Positions 25,089-34,902 of a stretch of DNA of 37,359 bases are shown here, piece after piece (the first letter of the stretch is position 1; every line of letters begins with the position of its first letter). The notes under the pieces are model-generated. The model ran no database searches, had not been told where the DNA came from, and worked only from the letters and a program-made list of their open reading frames with translations. Location: contig CAZXWU010000001.1 of the NCBI GenBank assembly GCA_964644495.1, positions 1 through 37,359 of the forward strand, written 5' to 3'. The stretch comes from an uncultured Tissierella sp. (lineage in GTDB: Bacteria; Bacillota; Clostridia; Tissierellales; Tissierellaceae). The position numbers were made by a program, and so were the translations under genes.

Positions 25089-26228
25089 CTAGATTTTTAT
25101 GACTATTTCTTTTAAGGCATTAATTGCGAATTCTATCTCTTCATGTGTGTTGCTAAATCCAAAACTAAATCTTACTGTGCCTTGATTTAAGGTATCGATG
25201 GTCTTGTGGGCCAATGGAGCACAATGTAAACCTGGCCTAACCGCTATTTTATATTCCTCATCTAAAATATAGGATATTTCTGATGAATCAATATCCCTTA
25301 CATTTAAAGATACTACTGGACCCTGTCTATTGCTTAGAGGACCATATAGACTTATACCTTCTATCTTCTTTATTTCTTCTATAAAATGATTTGTCAACTC
25401 TTCTTCATGCTTTCTAATGTTTTGAACTCCTTTTTCCATGATAAACTTAAGACCTGCTCCTAATCCTATAAGCCCTGGAGCATTGATTGTTCCGCTCTCA
25501 AATTTATCTGGTCTTGTATCCGGCTGAATTATAGAGCTAGAATCGCTTCCAGTACCACCTTGAAAGATACTTTCAAAATCAATATCCTCATTTATATATA
25601 ATCCTCCAGTGCCCTGTGGTCCAAATAAGCCCTTATGTCCAGGGAATGCAAGCATATCTATATTCATCTTTTTCACATCTATATCATATACACCAGCAGA
25701 TTGGGCTCCATCTACTAGATAATATATATCATGTTTCTTTGCTATAGCTCCTATTTCTTCTATTGGCATAATAGAACCTAGCAAATTAGACATATGTGTA
25801 GTTACTATTAGCCTTGTATTTGGTCTTATAGCATTTTCTATATCAAGAGGATTGATCAATCCCTGTGTATTTGCTTTTACTATAGTTGATTCTACTCCAA
25901 TTTTACTTAAATGCTGAATAGGTCTTAAAACGGAGTTGTGTTCCATAGATGTGGTAATGACATGATCCCCTGCTTTTAGTAGACCTTTAATTCCTATATT
26001 TAAACTTTCAGTACAGTTAAATGTAAATATTATATTCATAGGATTTCCAGTCTTGAAGAATTGTGACAATAGTTGCCTTGTCTCAAATACCCCTCTTCCT
26101 GACTTAAGTGCTAATCTATGGCCAGATCTTCCAGGATTTGCACCATAATTCATCATAGAATCCATTATTGTATCATAAACAATCTTGGGTTTAGGAAATG
26201 TCGTAGCTGCATTATCAAAATATATCAA
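25089..26228 (-). CDS. class-V aminotransferase / cysteine desulfurase family protein
   Basis: TTG start after GGAGGTAGG. N-terminus 'IYFDNAATTFPKP', PLP-Lys 'FPGHKGLFGPQGTGGL', and catalytic Cys 'RPGLHCAP'. Confidence 0.85.
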   Translation of the reverse strand: MIYFDNAATTFPKPKIVYDTIMDSMMNYGANPGRSGHRLALKSGRGVFETRQLLSQFFKTGNPMNIIFTFNCTESLNIGIKGLLKAGDHVITTSMEHNSVLRPIQHLSKIGVESTIVKANTQGLINPLDIENAIRPNTRLIVTTHMSNLLGSIMPIEEIGAIAKKHDIYYLVDGAQSAGVYDIDVKKMNIDMLAFPGHKGLFGPQGTGGLYINEDIDFESIFQGGTGSDSSSIIQPDTRPDKFESGTINAPGLIGLGAGLKFIMEKGVQNIRKHEEELTNHFIEEIKKIEGISLYGPLSNRQGPVVSLNVRDIDSSEISYILDEEYKIAVRPGLHCAPLAHKTIDTLNQGTVRFSFGFSNTHEEIEFAINALKEIVIKI

Positions 26229-26344
26229 AATTACCTACCTCCATCTGAAATATTATACCATATTATTATATGATTATATAGAAAAATAGTTTCTTTTAAC
26301 TCCACTAATACTAATGTGGTACAAAATATAAAGAATGTGTCTTA

Positions 26345-26690
26345 TGTATAATATTTATCTTCTTGCTATTTTAATGGATTTGTTCCACATATTCATATAT
26401 CCTTTTATACTCTTGTTCATTTCTTATAATATAGTCGTGAGATATTTTTTCAAAATTGGAAAGCCTTATTTTTTGTAATAGAACCTTTTAAATTGCTGAA
26501 TAATGCGTGATATGGCAGGGGTGGTCTTAGACCATCGGTTTTTTTCAGATATTATAATAACCATATGTATATGATTTAGCATAATAACATATTTATTTGC
26601 TTATTAACTTTCAAGATTGCTTCTTTAAAATAGTATATGATTTGGCATAATTAGTTTCACATCCCCTTCGTTCAACTGTCCTAGTTGTCC
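26345..26690 (-). pseudogene. degraded IS200/IS605-like Y1 (HUH) transposase, RayT-like (COG1943-type) remnant
   Basis: Minus-strand translation gives 'YVIMLNHIHMVIII...WSKTTPAISRIIQQFKRFYYKK*'. After a frameshift it continues 'FEKISHDYIIRNEQEYKRIYEYVEQ'; the expected NPLKW is broken by a 1-nt indel and a TAG. A second partial copy 'LIMPNHI' lies upstream. No intact ORF remains. Confidence 0.6.
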
Positions 26691-26691
26691 C

Positions 26692-26740
26692 AAATACAAA
26701 ATGAGCAGCATACCAATATATATCTATTGGTATGCTGCTC
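26692..26740 (-). terminator. rho-independent terminator after the cyclodeaminase-family gene
   Basis: Perfect 16-bp stem gagcagcataccaata (26703-26718) / tattggtatgctgctc (26725-26740). On the minus strand it is followed by attttgtattt. Confidence 0.8.
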
Positions 26741-26754
26741 AGTTCGTCATCCTT

Positions 26755-27393
26755 TTATTTCAATTTCTCATATACTATCTTTAGGGTCTCTTCCTTTAGT
26801 TTATTAGCTTCATCTATTATTATACTTATTTTATTATTGATATTAACCTTGTAGTCTTCATCTTTGATACTTAACAAGTTGATTCTCACATTCATTAATG
26901 CTCCCTCTAAGCCAGCATAAGCTAAGAGGGCCCCTACCCCCACATCGGTGATGGCATTTATATTGCCATAGTTGGCAAATACAGATTGTAGCTTAAGTAT
27001 ATCCAAACATTCACTAGCACATCTCAAGGGTACTTCTAGGGCATGTTTGTAGCCCTCCTGAATTGCATTAGTCCTAGCATGTTTTTCTTCTTCTGTTTCC
27101 TTTGGCATTTTAAAGGCTAGTAATACGCCATCAAAGGCATTAGAGTCCTCATCCACTATCTCTAATAGAATATTCATCTTTTCTTTTAATGTTTGGAAGT
27201 TTGTATTGAATTCATCTTTTATCTCATTATCTAAGTCGGTGAATGTTTTTTTGTCAAAGGTCAGATTTGCAACCATCTGAGTCAAAGCAGATCCCAAACT
27301 CCCTACTAAGGCTGATACACTTCCACCACCTGGAGTTGGGTTTCCTGTTGATGCTTCATGAATATAATTCCTTACCTTTTTTTCTATTAACAT
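26755..27393 (-). CDS. cyclodeaminase/cyclohydrolase family protein (FTCD C-terminal-like)
   Basis: 'GNPTPGGGSVSALVGSLGSALTQMVANLT' motif. The start is set to the ATG at 27391-27393, 7 nt after GGAGG. The track's longer N-terminus MFHVEH is the translation of parS. Confidence 0.75.
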   Translation of the reverse strand: MLIEKKVRNYIHEASTGNPTPGGGSVSALVGSLGSALTQMVANLTFDKKTFTDLDNEIKDEFNTNFQTLKEKMNILLEIVDEDSNAFDGVLLAFKMPKETEEEKHARTNAIQEGYKHALEVPLRCASECLDILKLQSVFANYGNINAITDVGVGALLAYAGLEGALMNVRINLLSIKDEDYKVNINNKISIIIDEANKLKEETLKIVYEKLK

Positions 27394-27409
27394 AGTGCCA
27401 CCTCCCAAA

Positions 27410-27425
27410 TGTTCCACGTGGAACA
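27410..27425. promoter_or_regulatory. parS centromere site
   Basis: TGTTCCACGTGGAACA is a perfect 16-bp palindrome matching the Firmicute parS consensus TGTTNCACGTGAAACA (one deviation). It lies 1 nt after the parB stop codon. Confidence 0.85.
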
Positions 27426-27426
27426 T

Positions 27427-28314
27427 TTATTTTGTTATTATTTCATATATTCTTTCCAAGTCTTCTTCAGTATAGAAATCAATCTCTATCTTATTTATAT
27501 TACTTCCTTTAACCAATTTTACCTTTGTACCCAATACTCTCATAAATTCTTCTTCTACGTCTTTTAAATAGGGATCTTTTCTTTTGGACTTAGTTTTACT
27601 TGATGTCTTTCTATCATTTTTTGACTTTTTTACCTCTGTTTCTGTTTCACGTACATTTAAACCAGCATCTATAATTCTTTCTGCTATTTCAACTTGCTCT
27701 TTTTTATCTTTGATTCCCAATAGTACCTTACCATGGCCTGTAGTCAGATTTCCATTGTATAGATGATTGATTACCTTTTCGTCTAAATTTAGGAGTCTAA
27801 TAATATTGGTTATATATGTCCTGCTTTTACCAATTCCATTAGCTAATTCCTCCTGCTTTAGGTCAAATTCCCCCATCAATTGTTTATAGGCCATTGCTTC
27901 CTCTATAGGGTTGAGATCTTCTCTTTGGATGTTTTCAATTAGTGCTAATTTAGCAGCTTTTTCATCATCAACATCTGTTATAATGGCAGGAATCACCTTT
28001 AGCCTTGCTATCCCTGATGCTCTATATCGTCTTTCGCCAGCTACAATTTGATATTTGTCACCAACTGCCCTTAAAATTATAGGTTGTATTACTCCATTTA
28101 TCTCTATAGATTTTGCCAATTCTGTTAATGATTGATCATCAAAGTCTTTTCTTGGCTGGTCTTCTTTTGTTATTATATCATCAAGAGCTACTTCCTTAAT
28201 CAACTTTTGATTGCGTTCTCTATCCTGGCTCAAAATAGTTTCGATATTAGGCTTTTCTCCCATCAAAGCAGATAAGCCTTTGCCCAATCCTCTTTTCTTA
28301 GCATTTGCATTCAT
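27427..28314 (-). CDS. parB: chromosome partitioning protein ParB/Spo0J
   Basis: 'KRGLGKGLSAL', 'GERRYRA', HTH 'GKSRTYITNIIRLL', 'TTGHGK', and the C-terminus 'KIEIDFYTEEDLERIYE' as in Spo0J. Confidence 0.9.
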   Translation of the reverse strand: MNANAKKRGLGKGLSALMGEKPNIETILSQDRERNQKLIKEVALDDIITKEDQPRKDFDDQSLTELAKSIEINGVIQPIILRAVGDKYQIVAGERRYRASGIARLKVIPAIITDVDDEKAAKLALIENIQREDLNPIEEAMAYKQLMGEFDLKQEELANGIGKSRTYITNIIRLLNLDEKVINHLYNGNLTTGHGKVLLGIKDKKEQVEIAERIIDAGLNVRETETEVKKSKNDRKTSSKTKSKRKDPYLKDVEEEFMRVLGTKVKLVKGSNINKIEIDFYTEEDLERIYEIITK

Positions 28315-28338
28315 ATTATCAGCCCCCCAAACAATAAA

Positions 28339-29103
28339 TTACTCAGTTAAGAATAAAAACTCTTCCGCTAATTCCATATAGGCTTCAGCCCCTTTTGATT
28401 TATCATCATAATCCATTATCGAAAGGCCATGTGAAGGAGCTTCTGCTAACCGTACATTTCTTGGAATAATACTTGTATAAACCTTGCCTTTAAAGTAAGC
28501 TTTAACCTCATCAACAACTTGAATAGATAGGTTTGTCCTACCATCAAACATGCTTAAAACTACACCTTCTATCTGAAGATTAGGATTAAAATTTGCCCTA
28601 ACTAACTGTATAGTATCAAAGAGTTGACTAACACCTTCTAGTGCATAGTATTCACATTGTATAGGAATAATTACACTATCAGAAGCTACTAAGCCTAATA
28701 CACTCAGAATTCCTAAGGAAGGTGGACAATCTATAAAAATAAAATCATATTTATCTTTTATAGCTGAAATCTTGTCTCTAAGCAATGTTTCCCAGTTATC
28801 AATTCTAGCCAATTCTATTTCTAAACCCGCCAATTCATTATTAGAAGGGATAAGATACACATTATTTGCACTAGATTCGTAGATACTATTATCCACTTCT
28901 ACATCCAATGCTAGGACATCATATATATTTTTATCTACTTGATTTTTATCAATACCAAGGCCACTAGTAGAATTGCCTTGAGGGTCTAAATCTATTAGTA
29001 ATACACTTTTATCTAGTCTACCTACACCTGCAGCTAGATTTACACTTGAAGTAGTCTTACCTACCCCTCCTTTTTGATTGAAGATTGATATTATCTTACC
29101 CAT
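28339..29103 (-). CDS. soj: chromosome partitioning ATPase ParA/Soj
   Basis: Deviant Walker A 'NQKGGVGKTT'. Start at the ATG 29101-29103 after GAGGGGTGA; the track start is a GTG that overlaps the RBS. Confidence 0.9.
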   Translation of the reverse strand: MGKIISIFNQKGGVGKTTSSVNLAAGVGRLDKSVLLIDLDPQGNSTSGLGIDKNQVDKNIYDVLALDVEVDNSIYESSANNVYLIPSNNELAGLEIELARIDNWETLLRDKISAIKDKYDFIFIDCPPSLGILSVLGLVASDSVIIPIQCEYYALEGVSQLFDTIQLVRANFNPNLQIEGVVLSMFDGRTNLSIQVVDEVKAYFKGKVYTSIIPRNVRLAEAPSHGLSIMDYDDKSKGAEAYMELAEEFLFLTE

Positions 29104-29173
29104 ATTATGTATCACCCCTCTAATTTCTTCTTATATCTATCATAACAGAAACTTCTAATAAATAAAACAAAAA

Positions 29174-29189
29174 TGTTCCACGTGGAACA
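29174..29189. promoter_or_regulatory. parS centromere site embedded in a 36-bp perfect palindrome (29164-29199)
   Basis: TGTTCCACGTGGAACA is flanked by aaaacaaaaa / tttttgtttt. It lies between the noc stop and the soj start. Confidence 0.85.
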
Positions 29190-29216
29190 TTTTTGTTTTA
29201 TAATAAATTAAATTAT

Positions 29217-30017
29217 TTATTTAGGGAGCTTAATCGTGACTTCGTAGTAATCATCTTTATCTACTTCTTTATACTCGGCATCAATACCGTATTCTTTAAT
29301 TGCTCTGTAAGCCTTTTTTATTGTATTGAGATATATCCTAACGCTTATCAAGGATTTGATACTTTGCTTAGCTTGCTCTTGTTCTTGCTCTTCTTCTCTT
29401 TCCCTTAGATTATCTAGAATATCCTCTACTAACTCTTCTGTCCTACTTACATTTAAAGACTTGCTAATAACCTTATCTAATACCATCTCTCTAGTTTCAT
29501 CATCTGAAAGTTTAAGTAGTGCCCGTCCATGTCTTTCTGTCAGTCCTTCTTCTATAAGTGCTTTTTGAATATCACTTGGCAATTTAAGCAATCTTATTTT
29601 GTTTGCAATAGTAGATTGTGATTTTCCAATCTTCTCTGCTAGTTCCTGTTGTGTAAAATTATGATCACAGATTAGATTGTTATATCCTTCTGCTTCTTCT
29701 ATGAAGTTTAGATCCTCCCTTTGTAAATTCTCTATTAATGCAATCATAGCTGACTCTTTGTCTCTATAATCTATTACTAAAGCTGGAATCACTGTTAAGT
29801 CTGCCAATAGGGAAGCCCTTAATCTCCTCTCCCCTGCAACTATTTCATAGCTTTCATTGCTGATTTGTCTTACACTTATGGGTTGGATAACACCATAGGA
29901 TCTAATTGATTGGGATAATTCATCTAATGATTTTTTATTGAAATTTCTTCTAGGTTGATAGGGATTAGGCCTTATAGATTCTATTGGAATATATTTTACC
30001 TCTTGATGTAGTGCCAT
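29217..30017 (-). CDS. noc: nucleoid occlusion protein Noc (ParB paralogue)
   Basis: 'GERRLRA'; HTH 'GKSQSTIANKIRLLKLP' and 'TERHGRAL' as in B. subtilis Noc; C-terminus 'YEVTIKLPK'. Position between rsmG and soj fits. The ATG at 30017 (after GAGGTG) is preferred over 30050. Confidence 0.85.
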   Translation of the reverse strand: MALHQEVKYIPIESIRPNPYQPRRNFNKKSLDELSQSIRSYGVIQPISVRQISNESYEIVAGERRLRASLLADLTVIPALVIDYRDKESAMIALIENLQREDLNFIEEAEGYNNLICDHNFTQQELAEKIGKSQSTIANKIRLLKLPSDIQKALIEEGLTERHGRALLKLSDDETREMVLDKVISKSLNVSRTEELVEDILDNLREREEEQEQEQAKQSIKSLISVRIYLNTIKKAYRAIKEYGIDAEYKEVDKDDYYEVTIKLPK

Positions 30018-30128
30018 ATAGATTACACCTCTTCTCAATTGATTATACATTTCTCTATAAAGATATTCTATAAAGACTTTTTATTTCCTTCTTTATTTCC
30101 CGATTATTTTCATACAAATTCCCCTATA

Positions 30129-30845
30129 TTATAATGGATTCTTCCTAGGTTTACCCCCGCCTCTAGGATACTTTGTCGGGGTTTGACGTATTTTCTCAAT
30201 AATTATCAATGAGTGTTTTATATTACTCTCAGGTATCTTGACTATTCTCTTTTCTATGACTTTACCACCAAGAATTTTGATTGCATTTTCACTCTGTTTT
30301 AATTCCACATCATAATCCGGCCCCTTCATGGATACAAAATACCCACCTACTTTTACAAATGGTATACAATATTCACTCAGGGTATCTAAAGAAGCAACAG
30401 CTCTAGATACACATATATCATACTTTTCCCTATAGGTTTCTTTGATGCTTAACTCCTCTGCCCTACCATGTATAGCCTCAATCCTATCAAGTCCCAATGA
30501 ATTTATTACCTCATTTAAAAAGATGATTCTTTTATTTAAACTATCTAATAAGCTTACATCTAAATCAGGGTTCACAATCTTTAGTGGTAAACCAGGAAAT
30601 CCTCCTCCAGTACCTATATCAATAATCTTCTTACTGCCCTTGAATATGTCTGTAACAAAAGGTGTCAAGCTATCCAAAAAATGTTTGATATCAATCTCAT
30701 CATCATCAGTAATAGCTGTAATATTGATTTTGGTATTCCACTCCTTTAGGAGGTCTTTATATTTTATAAATCTATTAATATCTTCTTCCCCTAATTCTAT
30801 TCCTAATTCTCTACTTCCTTTTAACAATAAATTTACATTTGTCAT
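30129..30845 (-). CDS. rsmG: 16S rRNA (guanine527-N7)-methyltransferase RsmG
   Basis: SAM motif '[17 protein letters not shown]'. A 4-nt ATGA overlap with the mnmG stop codon. Confidence 0.9.
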   Translation of the reverse strand: MTNVNLLLKGSRELGIELGEEDINRFIKYKDLLKEWNTKINITAITDDDEIDIKHFLDSLTPFVTDIFKGSKKIIDIGTGGGFPGLPLKIVNPDLDVSLLDSLNKRIIFLNEVINSLGLDRIEAIHGRAEELSIKETYREKYDICVSRAVASLDTLSEYCIPFVKVGGYFVSMKGPDYDVELKQSENAIKILGGKVIEKRIVKIPESNIKHSLIIIEKIRQTPTKYPRGGGKPRKNPL

Positions 30846-32746
30846 TTATTTAGATCCTTTCTTCGCACTTGTTCTAAATATATTAGTAAAACATTGATAT
30901 CAGATGGTGATACACCTGAAATCCTAGACGCTTGACCAACTGAATCTGGTTTAATTGAGTCTAGTTTTTGTCTAGCCTCATTGCTTAGACCTTTGACTAA
31001 ATTATAGTCTTGATCTTGGTCTAGCCTTTTATTCTCCAATTTTTTGAATTGTTCTATCTGCATCATTTGTTTTTTTATATAGCCTTCGTATTTAATTTGG
31101 ATCTCTACTTGGACTTTGATTTCCCTATTAATCTCTTTTCTATCTGGATCTAAAACAATAGTTTTATCATATCCTATTTCAGGCCTTCTAATTAGCTCGT
31201 AAAGACTTATTTGTGTTTTGATAGGTGTAGTATCTAAATCCTCTAATACTCCGTTATTTTCGGCTGTAGGATTGATCTTTACATTTTTTAGTCTTTCTAT
31301 TTCTTCTTTTACAGCTATATCCTTTTCTAGGGTTTGTTTGTATCTTTCTTCAGTAACTAATCCAAGGTCATAACCCATTTTTGTCAATCTTAAGTCAGCA
31401 TTATCTTGACGTAATGTCAATCTATATTCTGCCCTTGATGTCATCATTCTATAGGGCTCATCAGTTTCTTTAGTAACCAAATCATCTATTAAAACACCAA
31501 TATAAGCTTCAGATCTATCTAATATAAAGGCTTCTTTACCTTTAATATTTTGTACTGCATTTATACCTGCCATCAAACCTTGGGCAGCAGCTTCTTCATA
31601 TCCAGAGGAACCGTTGATTTGGCCTGCAAAGAATAGATTATTGATTTCCTTGTGTTCCAGGTTTCTCTTCAATATTGTAGCATCTATTGCATCATATTCT
31701 ATTGCATAAGCTGGTCTCATAAATCTAACATTTTCTAGACCTTTAATTTCCCTATACATTTTTAATTGTACTTCTTCAGGAAGACTTGAGCTTGCCCCTT
31801 GTACATACATCTCTTTAGTAGATAAGCCTTCTGGCTCTATGAAAACCTGGTGTTTATCTCTATCTGCAAACCTAACTACCTTGTCTTCTATTGAAGGACA
31901 ATATCTCGGTCCTACACCATCTATTTCCCCAGCATACATAGGTGAACGGTGTAAGTTTTCCCTAATTATTTCATGGGTTCTTTCTGTAGTATATGTGAGA
32001 TAACAAGGCACTTGGTCTTTGTTTAAATCCTTGTTTATATTCATAAAAGAGAAGGGGACAACCTCCTTATCGCCTGGTTGTATTTCCATCACTGAATAAT
32101 CGATACTATCTCGATGGACCCTAGCAGGTGTACCTGTCTTCATTCGTCTTAAGTTGAATCCCTTACCCTTTAATGAATCAGATAAAAGATTAGACGGAAA
32201 CATTCCATCAGGCCCAGATGAGTAGTTTACCTCACCCATGTATATCCTTCCCTTAAGATAAGTTCCAGTAGCTACTACTACAGTTTTGCACTCATAGAAT
32301 GCTCCTGTTCTCGTTATTACACCTTTTACTGTATCATCCTCTATAACTATATCCACTACTTCACCTTGGAGTAGGGTTAGATTTGGCTCATCTTCTAATA
32401 CCTTTTTCATTTCAGTATGGTATACTTTTTTATCAGCTTGTACCCTTAATGAATGGACTGCTGGCCCTTTTGAAGTATTTAGCATTCTACTTTGAATAAA
32501 TGATTTATCAATGTTGAGAGCCATCTCACCACCTAAGGCATCTATTTCTCTAACTAAATGACCCTTCCCTGTCCCACCTATATTAGGGTTACAGGATAAA
32601 GCAACTATAGAGTCTAAACTCATGGTTAACATTAGTGTTTTAATACCCATCCGTGCACCTGCTAGTGCAGCTTCAACTCCAGCATGACCTGCCCCTACAA
32701 CAAGGAGGTCAAATTTATCAGCATAATATTTATTTGTGTTTTCCAT
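30842..32746 (-). CDS. mnmG: tRNA uridine-5-carboxymethylaminomethyl modification enzyme MnmG (GidA)
   Basis: '[22 protein letters not shown]' FAD fold and conserved '[16 protein letters not shown]'-type block. Start moved to the ATG at 32746 (MENTNKYY) after AAGGTGA. Confidence 0.95.
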   Translation of the reverse strand: MENTNKYYADKFDLLVVGAGHAGVEAALAGARMGIKTLMLTMSLDSIVALSCNPNIGGTGKGHLVREIDALGGEMALNIDKSFIQSRMLNTSKGPAVHSLRVQADKKVYHTEMKKVLEDEPNLTLLQGEVVDIVIEDDTVKGVITRTGAFYECKTVVVATGTYLKGRIYMGEVNYSSGPDGMFPSNLLSDSLKGKGFNLRRMKTGTPARVHRDSIDYSVMEIQPGDKEVVPFSFMNINKDLNKDQVPCYLTYTTERTHEIIRENLHRSPMYAGEIDGVGPRYCPSIEDKVVRFADRDKHQVFIEPEGLSTKEMYVQGASSSLPEEVQLKMYREIKGLENVRFMRPAYAIEYDAIDATILKRNLEHKEINNLFFAGQINGSSGYEEAAAQGLMAGINAVQNIKGKEAFILDRSEAYIGVLIDDLVTKETDEPYRMMTSRAEYRLTLRQDNADLRLTKMGYDLGLVTEERYKQTLEKDIAVKEEIERLKNVKINPTAENNGVLEDLDTTPIKTQISLYELIRRPEIGYDKTIVLDPDRKEINREIKVQVEIQIKYEGYIKKQMMQIEQFKKLENKRLDQDQDYNLVKGLSNEARQKLDSIKPDSVGQASRISGVSPSDINVLLIYLEQVRRKDLNK

Positions 32747-32766
32747 GCTTTTCACCTTTCTAATAT

Positions 32767-34146
32767 CTACTTTCCTATACAAAACTCAGAAAATATCTTA
32801 TCTAATATATCTTCACTAATTGTATCTCCTGAAATTTCCCCAAGATTTTCCCAACAATCCCTCAGATCCACCTCAATGCAATCCAAAGGAACATGGTCTT
32901 TTATATCATTTAAGGCACTTTCCATGTTTTCTAATGCTTTGTCCAATTGTTTTTTGTGCCTAAGGTTGGTTATAACTAGTGATGAATCTATTTCAATTTC
33001 ACCTGAATAAAATAGTTTCTTTATATTTTCTTCTAGTAGATCTATTCCAACTTCATTGATTATTGAAGTTGATATGATATCTTCATCTTCTAATAATCTC
33101 TCAAGATGATCTTGAGTATATTTATTTTGCAAATCTGTTTTATTTAAAAGGATTATTGTTTTTTTATCCTTAATTAATTCTATTATACTATGATCTTCAT
33201 GGGAGAGGTCCCTAGATACATCAAAAATTGCTATAATAAGATCAGCGGATTCTACAGTTTCCTTGGCTCTATCCACACCAATTTTTTCCACTAAATCTTC
33301 TGTTTCTCTAATTCCAGCAGTGTCAATTATCTTAAGTGGAATCCCATCTATATTTAAATACTCCTCTATTATATCTCTAGTAGTACCAGGTATATCTGTA
33401 ACTATAGCCCTATTCTCTCTTAACAATGCATTGAGTAAGGATGACTTGCCTACATTTGGCTTTCCTAATATAACTGTATTTAAACCCTCTCTAAGGATTT
33501 TGCCCCTATCTGAAGTTATTAAGAGCTTTTGGATTTCTTCAATCACTGTGTTTGCACTATCTTGTAATTCCTCGTAGGTTACTTCCTCTATGTCATCCTC
33601 TGGAAAATCAATAGTGACCTCAACATGTGCTACCATTGATAGGACAATGTCCCTTATACTAGAAACCTTCTTAGAAAGACTCCCCTCCAATTGACTCATG
33701 GATACCTCGTGACTCTTATCTGTCTTAGCCCTGATGACATCAATTACTGCCTCAGCCTGAGATAGGTCTAGCCTTCCATTTAAGAAAGCCCTTTTTGTGA
33801 ATTCCCCTGGTTCTGCCAATCTAGCACCCTTATTTAATAGTAGTTCTAATATTTTTTTTACAGGTATAATACCTCCATGACAATATATTTCTACCATATC
33901 TTCTCTAGTATAGGTATGAGGCGCTTTCATAGATACGATCAGCACTTCATCAACTATCTTATTTGATTTATTATCTATTATATGACCATAAACCATTTTT
34001 CTATTTTCTGCATTAGCTAATTGTTTATTATTTAAGCCTTTAAATATTTTATTGGCTATATCAATTGATTTTTTCCCACTTAATCTTACAATTCCTATAC
34101 CTGCCTCACCAACAGCTGATGAAATTGCTGCTATTGTATCAAACAT
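32767..34146 (-). CDS. mnmE: tRNA modification GTPase MnmE (TrmE)
   Basis: '[10 protein letters not shown]', G-domain motifs '[12 protein letters not shown]', 'DTAGIR' and 'NKTD', and the C-terminal 'FCIGK'. Confidence 0.95.
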   Translation of the reverse strand: MFDTIAAISSAVGEAGIGIVRLSGKKSIDIANKIFKGLNNKQLANAENRKMVYGHIIDNKSNKIVDEVLIVSMKAPHTYTREDMVEIYCHGGIIPVKKILELLLNKGARLAEPGEFTKRAFLNGRLDLSQAEAVIDVIRAKTDKSHEVSMSQLEGSLSKKVSSIRDIVLSMVAHVEVTIDFPEDDIEEVTYEELQDSANTVIEEIQKLLITSDRGKILREGLNTVILGKPNVGKSSLLNALLRENRAIVTDIPGTTRDIIEEYLNIDGIPLKIIDTAGIRETEDLVEKIGVDRAKETVESADLIIAIFDVSRDLSHEDHSIIELIKDKKTIILLNKTDLQNKYTQDHLERLLEDEDIISTSIINEVGIDLLEENIKKLFYSGEIEIDSSLVITNLRHKKQLDKALENMESALNDIKDHVPLDCIEVDLRDCWENLGEISGDTISEDILDKIFSEFCIGK

Positions 34147-34230
34147 TTTATCACCTCATTTTTTCTTTATCATTACTATTTTAATGATATTAGTATTATG
34201 TGTCAAATTTTTTATCATATCAATATTTGG

Positions 34231-34268
34231 ATAAAATAAAGCCCTAGATTATAAAATCATCGGGCTTT
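34231..34268 (-). terminator. putative terminator after jag
   Basis: On the minus strand, the stem aaagccc...gggcttt (with an inner gatt/aatc pairing) is followed by attttat. Confidence 0.45.
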
Positions 34269-34272
34269 AAAA

Positions 34273-34899
34273 CTACTTTGTTTGTATAACTACTCTTCTG
34301 AAAGGTTCGTCACCTTCACTATAGGTTGTTATATTACTATTCTTTTGTAAAGCTGAATGAATTATCCTTCTTTCAGATGGATTCATTGGCTCTAGTTTTA
34401 CAGGTCGACCTGTATACTTTGATTTTTCAGCCATTTTATGTGCCAATCTTATTAGAGTTTCTTCTCTTTTTTTCCTATATTCTTCTATGTCTAAGGATAC
34501 TCTAGTATATTTATCTCTATTTTTATTTATCGCTAAACTTAATAAATATTGTATACTATCTAAAGTATTACCTCTTTTACCTATGATTATACCCTTATCG
34601 GATGGATCAACGTCTACTACATCTACAGATAATACGTCAGATTCTAGCTTTATTTCAGTATTAGCTTTAATTGCCATCGAAGTAAATACTTTATCTAAAA
34701 ATCCCTTTGCTATATTGACTGGATCATAGATTACAGTTACTTTTACTTGAGCTTCTTTTTTTCCAATAATACCAAATAGGCCTTTACTAGCTTCCTCTAC
34801 TACTTCAATTTCCACATCGGTTTCAGGAACTTGCAATTCATCTAAAGCATCATTTATAGCATCTTCTACGGTCTTAGATTGTTTTATAACATATCTCAT
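34273..34899 (-). CDS. jag: Jag/KhpB RNA-binding protein (Jag_N, KH, R3H)
   Basis: KH 'IIGKRGNTLDSIQYL' and R3H 'EPMNPSERRIIHSAL'. Position after yidC fits. Confidence 0.85.
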   Translation of the reverse strand: MRYVIKQSKTVEDAINDALDELQVPETDVEIEVVEEASKGLFGIIGKKEAQVKVTVIYDPVNIAKGFLDKVFTSMAIKANTEIKLESDVLSVDVVDVDPSDKGIIIGKRGNTLDSIQYLLSLAINKNRDKYTRVSLDIEEYRKKREETLIRLAHKMAEKSKYTGRPVKLEPMNPSERRIIHSALQKNSNITTYSEGDEPFRRVVIQTK

Positions 34900-34902
34900 A
34901 TA

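Noticed and set aside
26381-26396. parS-like TGTTCCAC half-site (tgttccacatattcat)
   Set aside because: Only the left half matches. It is the antisense of the 'YVEQ' codons of the transposase remnant, so it is a coincidence.
27394-27426. N-terminal extension 'MFHVEHLGGGT' of the 26755-27426 ORF
   Set aside because: The first six codons are simply the parS palindrome read as protein. A GGAGG-ATG pair at 27401-27405 / 27391-27393 gives the conserved start (MLIEKK...).
547-34729. Numerous 60-150 aa ORFs from the track that lie antisense to, or nested within, the large recognised genes. Examples: 547-777, 1371-1589, 2043-2240, 2665-2880, 3821-4141, 3891-4286, 7155-7448, 10426-10731, 12828-13097, 13598-13825, 14965-15150, 15618-16895 (minus-strand set), 19165-19374, 20088-20540, 24104-24388, 24802-25044, 27584-27766, 29326-29568, 30442-30897, 32684-33010, 33263-33577, 34487-34729 and 36041-36262.
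   Set aside because: All overlap a convincingly assigned gene on the opposite strand. They lack RBSs and have low-complexity Ser/Leu/Ile/Phe-rich translations, as expected from the antisense of AT-rich coding DNA.
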